This document shows positions 49,424 to 59,933 of a stretch of 64,000 nt of DNA, one piece after another. The DNA lies in assembly GCA_045863335.1 (NCBI GenBank), contig BTVY01000022.1:32001-96000 (forward strand), given 5' to 3'. Every line of letters begins with the position of its first letter. Positions within the stretch are counted from its first letter, which is position 1. This DNA is from Candidatus Hydrogenedentota bacterium. Lineage in GTDB: Bacteria; Hydrogenedentota; Hydrogenedentia; Hydrogenedentales; SLHB01. Below the pieces are notes generated by a model. The model was not told the origin of the DNA and did not search any database. It saw nothing but the letters and a program-made list of their open reading frames with translations. Both the position numbers and the translations under genes were made by a program.

Positions 49424-51615
49424 GAGCTAACCGCCTCCTGTTGCGGAATGAGGCCGTAATGCAGCAACCCCTCGATGATGCCTTCCGCGTAGTGGCCTTT
49501 CGCGAAGTAGACGCGCGAGCCGCCATCCTTCAACGGCTCCATTTCCTGCGAATAGTTGCCGACCACAATCCCGGCCGTCCGTCCCCGCAGCATGTCAATG
49601 TCGTTTCCGGAATCTCCCGCCGTGGCAATGCGCTCCAACGGCACGTTCCACTTGTTTGACAGGTAGCGCACGGCCTTCCCTTTCGACGCGCGCTGCGGAA
49701 GGATATCCACGAACATGCCGTGGGAAAAGACCAGCGTGTGGGGAACCCCCGTCTTGTACAGCGCCTCATGGATCTGTGGCATCGCATCGTCGGGATGAAT
49801 CGCCTGTGTGTCGAGGTCGTAGCTGATCTTGAATTCACGCTGCGTCTCTTCGTCGGACTGCATGTACAGGAAATCGAACGATTCGAGGGCCGTCTCGATG
49901 CGCGCGCGGTTCCACCGGTAGCGCAGATGACTGGCCCAGCCTTTGTCAAAGGTCCGCTCCGGCCCGTAGTAGATTTCCGCACCGACCGACGAGACGATCA
50001 CGTCGACCGTGTCGATGTTGTGCGCCTCGATGACCTCCATGACCGCGCCGAGATGCCGGCCGGAGGCGACCCCGAACGCGAGGCTATTCCGTTCGTCCTT
50101 GACGATTTCAAGCAGTCTCGCCAAGGCCGTGTCGTCGCCCAGCAAGGTGTTGTCGATGTCGGTAATCAGCACGGAACTTACCTTGGAAAGGCGGCGGCCC
50201 GGGGCTTCCTCCGTCTTTTTCGAGGCAAAGTAGCTTCTCGGAGACGAGTCGACCACTTCCCTTACCGCTTCGAGGTAACGTTCGCAATGGCGGTCCCACG
50301 AGTAATACTTGCGAACGCGATTAATGCCATTGTTGCTGCACCGCTCCCAGAGGTCGCCGTCGGTCAGGAGCTTCTTGATGGCCGCGGCCACCGCATCGTG
50401 ATCTTCCACGTCGACCAGGATTCCACTGTCGCAGTTTTCAACGATGTCCTGCGGGCCGCCGTTCTGGGTGCCGACGAAGGGCAATCCGCAGGCAGACGCT
50501 TCGATATAGGTCAACCCGAAGGGCTCGACAAATGCCGTGTTGACGAAGACGCCGCGCTTCGACGCGGCGAGCCGGTACAACTCTGGCACTTCGCGTTCCG
50601 AGTCGTGGCGCTTGGGTACGGCCATCTTGCCGTAGAGATCGAAGCGGTCCATCAGCATCAGGATATCGGTCAGCACCTGGCTTTCGCTCTCGGGCATGTC
50701 GTTAATGTCTTTACGGATGCCTGCAAAGATCGCCAGGTTGGCCAGCCCCTGAAGTTCCTTGTCCCGCCCGTAGGCTTCGATAATCGCGCCGATGTTCTTC
50801 CGCTTGTCCGGACGGCACATGGCGAGGATCAGCGGACGATCGCGCCCGAAATGGAAGCGGTCCAATTCCGCCTGCATGCTCATCCGCGCTTGTTTGTACA
50901 CCTCGGGCACACGGTCCGGCGCGAGTTCGTAGTCGTAATACGGGAAGAACCGGTCCAGCCCCGTGCCCGGCGGAATGATCTCGAACCGCGGTTCCTTGCC
51001 GTTGTCGTAGCGCGCGTACTGCGTGTCACGTTCGTGCCGCGTACTGGTGATCACAAAACTTGCCGAAGCGAGCGCGCGTTCTTCCATCGAGATCCGGTGC
51101 TGGATCCGGAACTCCTTTTCCATGGCATCTTCCGACCAACCCTGCGACTCCAAATACGCTTTCTTGTCCCGGCCCAACGAGTGGCCCGTGAACACGAACG
51201 GCACAGCGAAGGCTGAGGCAACCTCGTTGGCGATGTACCCGGCATCGGCATAATGGCCGTGCACCACGGTCGGCATCTTCCCCTCGCGCCGCGTAAATGA
51301 AATCATCGCGTCCACGAAGTCGTCGAGATGGGGCCAGAGCTTCTCTTTACGCATGTACCGTCCGCCGCCGCATGGAAGCCGAACAATGCGCGCTTTTGGG
51401 CCTAACTCCTCGATGGTCTTCTCGTAATCCGAGGACACGCGTTTGTCGCGAATGCGCCGCGTGAACAAGTCCACTTGGTTGACGGCGTCGAGCTTGCCCA
51501 AGGTGCGAGCAAGATCGATCACGTAACGGACCTGGCCTCCCGTATCGGCATCCCGGCCCATTTCGATTTCTTCGCCACGGATAAGGCCGTGTACGCTGAT
51601 GAGTTGTATGTACAT
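49420..51615 (-). CDS. sps: Sucrose-phosphate synthase with C-terminal HAD (SPP-like) domain
   Basis: SVHGLIRG, GRDADTGGQ, HGHYADAG, TGHSLG, RPDKRKN, EPFGLT; ITDIDNTL, GDSGND. Confidence 0.93.
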   Translation of the reverse strand: MYIQLISVHGLIRGEEIEMGRDADTGGQVRYVIDLARTLGKLDAVNQVDLFTRRIRDKRVSSDYEKTIEELGPKARIVRLPCGGGRYMRKEKLWPHLDDFVDAMISFTRREGKMPTVVHGHYADAGYIANEVASAFAVPFVFTGHSLGRDKKAYLESQGWSEDAMEKEFRIQHRISMEERALASASFVITSTRHERDTQYARYDNGKEPRFEIIPPGTGLDRFFPYYDYELAPDRVPEVYKQARMSMQAELDRFHFGRDRPLILAMCRPDKRKNIGAIIEAYGRDKELQGLANLAIFAGIRKDINDMPESESQVLTDILMLMDRFDLYGKMAVPKRHDSEREVPELYRLAASKRGVFVNTAFVEPFGLTYIEASACGLPFVGTQNGGPQDIVENCDSGILVDVEDHDAVAAAIKKLLTDGDLWERCSNNGINRVRKYYSWDRHCERYLEAVREVVDSSPRSYFASKKTEEAPGRRLSKVSSVLITDIDNTLLGDDTALARLLEIVKDERNSLAFGVASGRHLGAVMEVIEAHNIDTVDVIVSSVGAEIYYGPERTFDKGWASHLRYRWNRARIETALESFDFLYMQSDEETQREFKISYDLDTQAIHPDDAMPQIHEALYKTGVPHTLVFSHGMFVDILPQRASKGKAVRYLSNKWNVPLERIATAGDSGNDIDMLRGRTAGIVVGNYSQEMEPLKDGGSRVYFAKGHYAEGIIEGLLHYGLIPQQEAVSS

Positions 51616-51630
51616 CGCTACTCCTAGTGC

Positions 51631-54090
51631 TTAACCCAAAGCGGCGACCGCCCGCGGGCGATACACCGTGTGGTAGAGGGTGTGGATATACTGGTCCAGG
51701 GCCTGACGATTCATCACGTCCAGGAAATCCCAAAACGTATACGTGTTCGACAACCGCAGCACGCGCTCGGCATGGGCTCTCCAATGGAACGCGCGGTGTA
51801 CACGCTCGATTCCTTCCGCGCTGAACCCGTCCCACATATCCTTCTGCGTCACGACGCGATACAGCGCTTCCGCCATCGCCTCCAGATCGTTTGGATTGAC
51901 GATCTGGCCCGACTTGTTCTGCTCGACGATTTCCGCAGGTCCGCCGAAACACGTGACCACGACCGGCAATCCGCAAGCCATCGCTTCGATGACGGTCAGC
52001 CCGAACGTCTCCATAAACGCCGGCTGCGCGAACACCCCCCGTCGATCCGCCACGACGCGATAGATCTCTCCGGTTTCGACCTTATCCAGACGCGCGGCGC
52101 ACCACCGCAAGGACCCGTCGAGTTGGTAGTAGTCGATCAGATCGTACATGCGGCCCAACTGCTCGATTTCTTCCTGGTCTTTCGATTCATCGACGCGTGT
52201 GATGGACGACATGATGACCAGGTTCGCCGCCTCCCGAAGGGCCTCGCTCTTGCCGTAGGCTTCAATCAGGCCTGGTAGGTTCTTGACCCGATCGACGCGC
52301 GACATGGCAAACACCGGCGGCAGGTCGGGATTGTTCAAACGTCCCACGCTACCTTCAGGCGGGTCGTGTTGAAACAGCAGCCCGTGAATCTTGTCGATCA
52401 CGGTATCGATGCGGCGGTCCGCTTCGCCGAAAGGAAAGAAATGTTCTTCGCTCGCGCCCGGCGGAACGATGTTGTACCGCGCGAGACTCGGGTCCATTCC
52501 GGAAGTCACGCGGTACAGCCCCGGCATGGAAAACGTCTCATACGATTCAAACATCCCCATCTCGGTGTCGGTCCCGCCGATTTCGCGATACGAACTGGAG
52601 ATGATGAAGTCCGCGGCGTTGTACGCGATGATGTCGGCCGTAAACTGGCACGAGAAGTGGTACTCGTGCTCCATGTCCGCCCAGTGCATGTCGCTCATGA
52701 GGTACTTCGTTTTCTCCAACGCGTGCACCGCCGCGCAATGGGTCGTATCCAGATCGTCTGCCAGGCGATGGGCCACGAGGTTCCCATCGCTGTAATGACC
52801 CACGATGAGATCGGGAATCGCCATGAACTCCACGAGGACCGCGTCTTTCGCCTCTAACGTAAACCCTTCCAGGTACGGCCAGATGTGGAAGCGCGACACC
52901 CATTGCTGGTGCACGCTGCCGTCCGGATGGCGAAACGGCACGCGAATGATCCAGCAGTTCTCCGTGCCGGCTACGTGTTCACGAGGCTGGTCGCAGGTCG
53001 TGCCTTCCGATTCGGGAATCAATCGGGTGAGTATGGCGATATGCGGTTTCACGTCCACGCCGCACGCGAGAAACCGGTCGTGCATCACCCGTTCCAGCGC
53101 GCGCGCCTGGTCCAGTACATACGTCACCTGGCCGCCCGTGTCCGGCTTGCCAAGAACGTTCTGCTGCGCAAACCACCCGTGCGGCGAAACCATTAGCACC
53201 GTCCGCGTCAAAGGAAGTCGCCCCAGCAGGCGCTCCAATCGCTCGGGGTCCGCCGAATCGAGCACCTCCGAAAGCGCGCCGAGACTTTCGCGGATGCCTC
53301 CGGCCGTAGCGCCCCAGCCCGGTTCGAAGCCGTCGGTGCGCATCCGGTGTGCGATCTCGGCGTAGGGGCGTTCCGGATCTTCGTCCGAAAGCCATTCGTC
53401 GACCGCCTCGATGCGTTGCTCCAACACGGCCCCCGTCGGAATCTCATCGTTCGTCAGCATCTGAATCTGGTTCAGCCGGAACTCGCGCAGGAAGTCCGCC
53501 AGAGCGTTGCGGAACCGGTCGGGATTCTGGTGCATTTTCCCCGCGAGATGCCGGTTCAGCACGGAGAGCCCGCTGCCCATGGCGGAAGCCTGACGCACCT
53601 TGGGATACTCGTGGAAGAAGGGCCGGAAGTCCAGCACCAGGCCCGACCGCGTCGCCTCTTCCCATCCCTGAATATAGGCATCCTTCACTTGAAGGAAGTA
53701 GTACCGGCTCACTTCTTCAAACACGGCCGTATCGAAGTGCAGGCGGACAATCTGTTTTGCTCCCACGCGCGGGCGCAACAGGGCGTACGCGTGCGTAGCG
53801 GTATAGAAAATCTCCTGGCAACCGCCGAACACCTTGCGCAACGCCGACTTCAACTCGGGCTCCCGTTGCTCTTCGAGGAACGCTTCGAGGGCGCGCTGAA
53901 TCCGGTCGCGCAACACGATCACGTCTTCGTGCTCGCGCAATTCCAGCAGAAACTGCTTGGCCGCCGGCACGAACGGGGGTTCCAGGAGAACGATCCTGCG
54001 CGCGCGCGCAACGAGCGACGAAGCCCAGTCGTTCAGGCTGTCCTCGCTCGCATGATTCGTCAACACTTCTATCGGTACAGGTTGTGCCAT
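51631..54090 (-). CDS. sus: Sucrose synthase
   Basis: SPHGWFAQQNVLGKPDTGGQVTYVLDQARALE, WVSRFHIWPYLE, YSDGNLVA, HALEKTKY, FGLTVIEAM. Confidence 0.93.
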   Translation of the reverse strand: MAQPVPIEVLTNHASEDSLNDWASSLVARARRIVLLEPPFVPAAKQFLLELREHEDVIVLRDRIQRALEAFLEEQREPELKSALRKVFGGCQEIFYTATHAYALLRPRVGAKQIVRLHFDTAVFEEVSRYYFLQVKDAYIQGWEEATRSGLVLDFRPFFHEYPKVRQASAMGSGLSVLNRHLAGKMHQNPDRFRNALADFLREFRLNQIQMLTNDEIPTGAVLEQRIEAVDEWLSDEDPERPYAEIAHRMRTDGFEPGWGATAGGIRESLGALSEVLDSADPERLERLLGRLPLTRTVLMVSPHGWFAQQNVLGKPDTGGQVTYVLDQARALERVMHDRFLACGVDVKPHIAILTRLIPESEGTTCDQPREHVAGTENCWIIRVPFRHPDGSVHQQWVSRFHIWPYLEGFTLEAKDAVLVEFMAIPDLIVGHYSDGNLVAHRLADDLDTTHCAAVHALEKTKYLMSDMHWADMEHEYHFSCQFTADIIAYNAADFIISSSYREIGGTDTEMGMFESYETFSMPGLYRVTSGMDPSLARYNIVPPGASEEHFFPFGEADRRIDTVIDKIHGLLFQHDPPEGSVGRLNNPDLPPVFAMSRVDRVKNLPGLIEAYGKSEALREAANLVIMSSITRVDESKDQEEIEQLGRMYDLIDYYQLDGSLRWCAARLDKVETGEIYRVVADRRGVFAQPAFMETFGLTVIEAMACGLPVVVTCFGGPAEIVEQNKSGQIVNPNDLEAMAEALYRVVTQKDMWDGFSAEGIERVHRAFHWRAHAERVLRLSNTYTFWDFLDVMNRQALDQYIHTLYHTVYRPRAVAALG

Positions 54091-54114
54091 GTAGTCAGTC
54101 CTTGGCCGCCGCTG

Positions 54115-55122
54115 TCAATTGCGCGAGCGTGCGGTCGCTTCGTCATTCGGGTAGCGCAACCCCCATTGTTCGCGAATTCGATCCAGCGTCCGCATGACGC
54201 GAAGCGTCGCATCCAGCGGCGCCCAGATACTCTCCGTCCGGCCGCGATTCAGACACTCCACGACGTCCCGCGCTTCGTAGTGATAGCCGTACCCTTCCCG
54301 ATCGAAGATGCGCTCCGACACTTCGCCCTTCGCCACGATTCGGCAGCTGTCGGGCTGTGAAAATCGGCCGGGGAAGGTGATGTAACCGTCGTCTCCCGCG
54401 ATGACCGCGTCCTGCGGCGCGTCGTACAACAAGGACGAACTCAACACCGCGCGGCCGCTCGCTGGATAGTCGAAGATGATGCCGCTTGCCACGTCCACGC
54501 CCGTTTCGCCGCGCGTCCACGTCGTGGCAATCCGCTCCGGCTCGATCTCGAACACCATATCCGCGAGCGCCACCGGGTACACGCCGATGTCCAGCAACGC
54601 GCCGCCGCCAAGTTCCTTATTGAACAACCGGCTTTCCGGTCCGAGCGTGGCCGCGTATGAGAAGTCGGCGGACACGAATCGCGGCGTGCCGATAACTCCG
54701 TCCCCCAGCGCGCCGAGACCCCACTGAATCGCGGGGAAAAACGCGGTCCACATGGCTTCCATGAGGAAGACCCCCGCTTCGCGCGCGGCGTCCACCATGC
54801 GTTGCGCTTCGCGGGCGTTCATGGCCAGGGGTTTTTCGCACACCACCGCCTTCCCGGCGGCGATGCAGAGCAGCGTATCCGCGCAGTGGCGAACGTGCGG
54901 CGTGGCGATGTACACCACGTCAATCGCCGGGTCGTCTACCAGGGCTTCATAGCTGCCGTAATGAAAGGGAATTTGATGGGTGCCCGCAAACTGCCGGGCG
55001 CGCGGTTCCGTGCGCGAAGCGACGGCGCGTAATTCGGCTCCCTCGACCAGGCGCAAGTCTTCCGCCATCTGGCGGGCGATGTCGCCCGTCCCCAGGATTC
55101 CCCAACGGATTTTTTTGCTCAT
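54115..55122 (-). CDS. Gfo/Idh/MocA-family oxidoreductase
   Basis: IRWGILGTG, VYIATPH, CEKP, MEAMWT, GGGALLDIGVY. Confidence 0.92.
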   Translation of the reverse strand: MSKKIRWGILGTGDIARQMAEDLRLVEGAELRAVASRTEPRARQFAGTHQIPFHYGSYEALVDDPAIDVVYIATPHVRHCADTLLCIAAGKAVVCEKPLAMNAREAQRMVDAAREAGVFLMEAMWTAFFPAIQWGLGALGDGVIGTPRFVSADFSYAATLGPESRLFNKELGGGALLDIGVYPVALADMVFEIEPERIATTWTRGETGVDVASGIIFDYPASGRAVLSSSLLYDAPQDAVIAGDDGYITFPGRFSQPDSCRIVAKGEVSERIFDREGYGYHYEARDVVECLNRGRTESIWAPLDATLRVMRTLDRIREQWGLRYPNDEATARSRN

Positions 55123-55364
55123 GACCTGATTCTCCACCGTTGTTTCGCTTACGGTTTCTCGCGGGGGCCATCGCCGCGCGAGAGCAGGTAATGGAGCCGG
55201 TAAAGGGGCGCACTGCTGGATGTTACGTGCGGTGGTTCGAAGCGCTCATCCCCAGCGGGGACCGCGCACGGTACCGGAATCATGAAATGGCAGTATAGGG
55301 GACGGCGCGGGTTGAGTCAAAGGTAGCGACAACTGCGCGGACTGCACCTTTGTCAAGAGAAAAC

Positions 55365-55456
<92 letters not shown>

Positions 55457-55581
55457 GCAAGGCGTAACGGGTTGACGATTTGTCGTCGCGCTGTAAGGCG
55501 GGGATGGTAGCAAAATCTGCCGGGACCTGTCCACATTCCAACGGTGGCCGCGCCGGCAGTTGCCGCGCCATACGCATCACG

Positions 55582-55610
55582 TTGACTCTTCGGCGTGTGT
55601 TTGCTATAGT
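55582..55610 (+). promoter_or_regulatory. Sigma70-type promoter of rpsU (extended -10)
   Basis: TTGACT-N17-TATAGT with TGn before the -10. Confidence 0.75.
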
Positions 55611-55749
55611 TTGGCCGTAAGTCTACGCACTCCGGGCTGCCTATGACCGACAGACGATACCCGTCTGGTGCAGTACAACTATCGGCGCAGGCCCGAGAAA
55701 CTCCGCCACGCCAGGAGCGTGGTGATGTATGAGGGGAGGTTGATTTTTC

Positions 55750-55932
55750 GTGACCAAAGTGCGCGTCAAGAGCGACGAGCCGTTTGAGAAGGCTCTCCGC
55801 CGCTTCAAGAAGAAGTGCAACAAAGAAGGCCTTATGCAGCGCCTGAAGGAAATGAAGCACTACGAGAAGCCGAGCGAACGTCGCCGCCGCAAATTGGCCA
55901 AGGCCATCGCCCGCAATACCCCTGTGGAGTGA
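55750..55932 (+). CDS. rpsU: 30S ribosomal protein S21
   Basis: EPFEKALRRFKK, HYEKPSERRRRK; GGAGGT RBS. Confidence 0.96.
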   Translation: MTKVRVKSDEPFEKALRRFKKKCNKEGLMQRLKEMKHYEKPSERRRRKLAKAIARNTPVE

Positions 55933-55961
55933 CCTGACCCGGCCATTCGTGATACCTTCTT

Positions 55962-55997
55962 GGGCAGGACTGTTTTCATGCAGTCCTGCCCTTTTTT
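55962..55997 (+). terminator. Intrinsic terminator after rpsU
   Basis: GGGCAGGACTG-loop-CAGTCCTGCCC-TTTTTT. Confidence 0.85.
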
Positions 55998-56055
55998 GTA
56001 TGGATCCGGAACACGACCGCCGAGCGTTGCGTCCAAGTACGCTCGCCAGTCGTCA

Positions 56056-56213
56056 AATTCAAAATCCGAAGGACGAGATCCGAAACAAGCACGAATGACC
56101 AAAGCACGAATGACCAAGACGGGCACACGCTCGTGGCAGTTGCAGACCACACCTTTCCGTTTTCCCCTGTTTGGAATTTGAAACCTTTGGATTTGTTTCG
56201 AATTTCGGGCTTT
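56056..56213. repeat. Repeat family D inverted pair
   Basis: Forward unit 56056-56119, reverse unit 56170-56213. Confidence 0.75.
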
Positions 56214-56238
56214 GTAGCGAGAGGGAGAGACAAAAAGA

Positions 56239-57765
56239 ATGAGTATCGTCATCGGCGTTGACGTCGGCACCAGCGGCACCAAAGCCGTTGCCATGGACGC
56301 GACGGGCAAACTCGTCGCCTCGGCCTTGGTGGAGTACCCCCTGTTGACGCCCAAACCCGGCTGGGCGGAGCAGGACCCCGCCGAGTGGAAGGACGCGGCC
56401 TACAAAGCCCTGACCGCGCTCGCCCACGCGCCTGGTCTCAATCCCAAAGACGTCAAAGGCATCGGGCTCACCGGCCAGATGCACGGCTCGGTCTTTCTCG
56501 ACGCCAACAACAAGGTCCTTCGCAACGCCCTACTCTGGTGCGACCAGCGCACCGCCCCGCAGTGCGACGCCATCACCGAGAAAGTAGGCGAGCAAAAGCT
56601 CATTGAAATGGTTTGCAACCCCGCCCTCACTGGATTCACCGCCCCGAAAATCCTCTGGCTGCGGGACAATGAGCCGGAGATCTACGACAAGGTCCGCAAG
56701 GTCCTGCTCCCCAAGGACTACATCCGCTATGTGCTGACCGGCGAATTCGCCACGGACGTAGCCGACGCCTCCGGCACGCTCCTCTTCGATGTGAAGAACC
56801 GGTCCTGGCACAAGGAACTCATGTCCATCCTGGACATCTCGCCTGACTTCATGCCGCCGTCCTTCGAAGGCACGGAAGTCACGGGCAAACTCTCCGCCGA
56901 GGCCGCCAAACTCACCGGACTGCCTGCGGGCATCCCCGTCATCGCGGGCGGCGGCGACCAGGCCGCAGGCGGCGTGGGCAACGGCATCGTCCGGCCCGGC
57001 GTGATTTCATCGACCGTCGGCACCAGCGGCGTCGTCTTCGCCTTCTCCGAGAAGATCAGCCTCGACCCGCAGGGCCGCGTGCATACCTTCTGCCATTCCG
57101 TGCCCGGCAAGTGGCACGTCATGGGCGTCGTGCTCAGCGCGGGCGGCTCCTTGCGCTGGTTTCGCGACGCGCTCTACCAGAACGAAAAAGCCGTGGCCGC
57201 CGAAACGGGCTGCGACCCTTACGAATACATCACCTCCGCCGCGGAAATCATCCCGCCCGGCGCGGAAGGCCTGACCTTCCTGCCCTACCTGACCGGCGAG
57301 CGCACGCCCCACAAAGACCCCTACGCGAAGGGCGCCTTCGTGGGCTTGTCGCTGCGGCACACCCGCGCGCACATGTCCCGCGCCGTGCTGGAAGGCGTGG
57401 CCTACTCCATGCGGGACAGCCTCGAAATCATGCACGAGATGGGCGTGCCCATCGCGCAAGTTCGCGCATCCGGCGGCGGCGCGCGCAGTCCCCTCTGGCG
57501 CCAGATCCAGGCCGACGTGAACAAGACCCCGCTGGTCACCACCAACATCGACGAAGGGCCTGCCTACGGCGCCGCCTTGCTCGCCACGGTCGAAACGGGT
57601 CTCTACAAATCGGTCGAAGAAGCCTGCGATGCCATCATCAAAGTCGTCGACACCTGCGAACCCGACGCGAGCCTCGCCAAGCGCTACGACGAAGGCTTCG
57701 CCCTCTATCAGGACACCTACAAGGCCCTCGCGCCGGGATTCCGCCGTGCAGCCGCAACGCTTTGA
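56239..57765 (+). CDS. xylB: Xylulokinase (FGGY family)
   Basis: GVDVGTSGTK, GLTGQMHG, GFTAPKILW, GGGDQAA, FLPYLTGERTPH, GGGARS. Confidence 0.92.
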   Translation: MSIVIGVDVGTSGTKAVAMDATGKLVASALVEYPLLTPKPGWAEQDPAEWKDAAYKALTALAHAPGLNPKDVKGIGLTGQMHGSVFLDANNKVLRNALLWCDQRTAPQCDAITEKVGEQKLIEMVCNPALTGFTAPKILWLRDNEPEIYDKVRKVLLPKDYIRYVLTGEFATDVADASGTLLFDVKNRSWHKELMSILDISPDFMPPSFEGTEVTGKLSAEAAKLTGLPAGIPVIAGGGDQAAGGVGNGIVRPGVISSTVGTSGVVFAFSEKISLDPQGRVHTFCHSVPGKWHVMGVVLSAGGSLRWFRDALYQNEKAVAAETGCDPYEYITSAAEIIPPGAEGLTFLPYLTGERTPHKDPYAKGAFVGLSLRHTRAHMSRAVLEGVAYSMRDSLEIMHEMGVPIAQVRASGGGARSPLWRQIQADVNKTPLVTTNIDEGPAYGAALLATVETGLYKSVEEACDAIIKVVDTCEPDASLAKRYDEGFALYQDTYKALAPGFRRAAATL

Positions 57766-58708
57766 AGAAACCGTCGACGAAGAACACGAAGGCCTCCGGC
57801 TCGACGTCTACCTCGCCGCGTGCATCGAAGACGCCTCGCGCTCGTATCTGAAGAAGCTGATCAAGGACAAGCGCGTCGTCGTCAACGGCGAAGTCTGCAC
57901 GCGCCCCAGCCAGACCATGCACGAGGGCTACACCGTCACCGCCGAGTTGCCCCCGCCCCCATCCATCGAACTCGTGCCCCAGGACATCCCCCTCGACATC
58001 CTCTTCGAAGACGAATACGTGCTCGTCATCAACAAACCCTCCGGGCTCGTCGTCCATCCCGCGCCCGGCCATCCCGACGGCACCCTCGTCAACGCCGTGT
58101 TGCACCATTGCCGCGATTTCGACCGCCCCGGCGAAGACCCCCAACGTCCCGGCATCGTCCACCGCCTCGACCAGTACACCTCCGGCGTCATGGTCGTCGC
58201 CAAATCCCCCCGCGCCTTCCTCAGCCTGTCCGAACAGGCCCGCGAACACACCTTCGACCGGCGCTACCTCGCCCTCGTCCAGGGCCAGTTCAAAGAAGAC
58301 CGCGGCCGCATCAACGCCACCGTCGGCCGCAGCACCCAGGACCGCAAACGCATGACCGTCACCGGCGTCCGCGGCAAAGACGCCGTGACCAATTTCACCG
58401 CCCTCGAACGCTTCGGCATCGCCTCCCTCGTCGCCCTCGAACTCGAGACCGGCCGCACCCACCAGATCCGCGTCCACCTCCGCTTCGCCGGCCACCCCGT
58501 CCTCGGCGATCCCATCTACGGCGTCACCGACTTCAAGAAATGGCCCATCCCCGTAGACCTCCGCCTCATCCTCGAAGCCCTGGACGGCCAAGCCCTCCAC
58601 GCCGAACATTTGGGGTTCGAGCACCCCGGCACGGGAGAACGCATGCAGTTCACGGCCCCCCCGCCCGACGATTTCACCGCCGCGCTGGAAGCGCTGCGGG
58701 GTATCTGA
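57746..58708 (+). CDS. RluA/RluD-family pseudouridine synthase
   Basis: S4-like RLDVYL; NKPSGLVVHP, GIVHRLD, LETGRTHQIRVH, QALHA; GTG start inferred. Confidence 0.92.
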   Translation: MQPQRFEETVDEEHEGLRLDVYLAACIEDASRSYLKKLIKDKRVVVNGEVCTRPSQTMHEGYTVTAELPPPPSIELVPQDIPLDILFEDEYVLVINKPSGLVVHPAPGHPDGTLVNAVLHHCRDFDRPGEDPQRPGIVHRLDQYTSGVMVVAKSPRAFLSLSEQAREHTFDRRYLALVQGQFKEDRGRINATVGRSTQDRKRMTVTGVRGKDAVTNFTALERFGIASLVALELETGRTHQIRVHLRFAGHPVLGDPIYGVTDFKKWPIPVDLRLILEALDGQALHAEHLGFEHPGTGERMQFTAPPPDDFTAALEALRGI

Positions 58709-58746
58709 TCGGTGCTACTATGGTGGCGGGTATTGGAGAGCGAACG

Positions 58747-58938
58747 ATGACAGAAGAGATCGACAAGCTTGACGAGTTGACGGAAACGGAAGCCCTCCTA
58801 AAGATTTTGGAACTCGGCAAGCGCCAGGTCGCAGAGGGCAAGGTGCATCCCGCCGAAGAGGTCTTTGAGCGGTTGCGCAAGAAATACGGATTCAGCGACG
58901 GCCGCCGCAACCGAAGTGATCAAGCCAAGTTGCGGTGA
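58747..58938 (+). CDS. Small antitoxin-like protein or fragment
   Basis: GGAGAG RBS; MTEEIDKLDELTETEALLKILELGKRQVAEGKVHPAEEVFERLRKK resembles type II antitoxin C-terminal halves. Confidence 0.5.
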   Translation: MTEEIDKLDELTETEALLKILELGKRQVAEGKVHPAEEVFERLRKKYGFSDGRRNRSDQAKLR

Positions 58939-58959
58939 TGCCGCGGAGGTCTTGGCGCC

Positions 58960-59451
58960 ATGGAATCCGGTTGGGAGCAGTCCCTGAACGTCGACACGCT
59001 TGTGCTGTGTATTGTGTTCGCCTTTGCTACTTGTACCACCCTCTTTTTCGCCAAGCGAAAGTAGAATATCCGAATCGGTCTCGTCGGTCTTGCCGTTTTA
59101 TTCGCGTTACTCTCCCTGTTTTGGGGCGCAAGCACGTACCAGGCCTGGAAACTGCGGACGGGCGCATGGACGTATTTGAAGAGCGAGCTTGCCCGAATCC
59201 ATGAAGGCGCAACACCGGAGGTTAGTCCATACGCGACGCAGGAACAACAGGAAGCTATTCTGGCGATCGCGCCTCGAATTGGGTATCCAGTGAAGTCCGT
59301 CACGTATATCGATTTCTTCCATGGTATCTGTGACTTTAAGGTTGAGACTCTTGAAGGCGAGACCCATTGGGTCAGGGTAAACACGTTCCCGCCCGGAGAA
59401 GGCGGGCTATTTGACCGCCCCGATTTCTCTCTACACGATATTCAGTGGTAG
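58960..59451 (+). pseudogene. Two-TM hypothetical membrane protein gene with in-frame TAG
   Basis: GGAGGT RBS; MESGWEQSLNVDTLVLCIVFAFATCTTLFFAKRK*NIRIGLVGLAVLFALLSLFWG... continues in frame into ORF 59176-59451; TAG at 59062-59064. Confidence 0.6.
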
Positions 59452-59603
59452 CCCCCATCTTTCAGATACTCCTCCACAAGCATGATTCCAGGGTAGCTAC
59501 GCTCCGCTACGCAACCCTGGGCTATGAGTATGTTGGCCCCCCAGGCCATGTTGCCGGCGATCCCCGGCGGTTTTGACGACATGGGCCGCCGCCGACGCCG
59601 TAG

Positions 59604-59674
59604 CTGTAGCGTCCGGCTTCCATGCCGGACGTCTTGGGATCAGGGATCGCCCGGCGTGGAAGCCGGGCGCTACA
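59604..59674. repeat. Repeat family B copy
   Basis: TGTAGCGTCCGGCTTCCATGCCGG...CCCGGCGTGGAAGCCGGGCGCTACA. Confidence 0.8.
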
Positions 59675-59933
59675 GAGCGACGCCGTGAGTGCTCGTTCTG
59701 GACGCGGCTCCAATCCGTGTCTACGGCGCTCTCACAGGATTCCCGGATGGCCGACGTGATTAGACTTCGCGCTCCCCGCGCCCGCCGTTCTTTTGAGTTA
59801 ACACGCCTTTGAATGGTAAGATTCACCGCTGTTTCGGTGGCGGCCCGTCACGGGTTTCGCGCCGGTCACAGCGGGAGTTTCTCGGTGCTTCGAGACTCTC
59901 TGGACGCGTCATCAAGGGGGGAAGAGGAAAACC

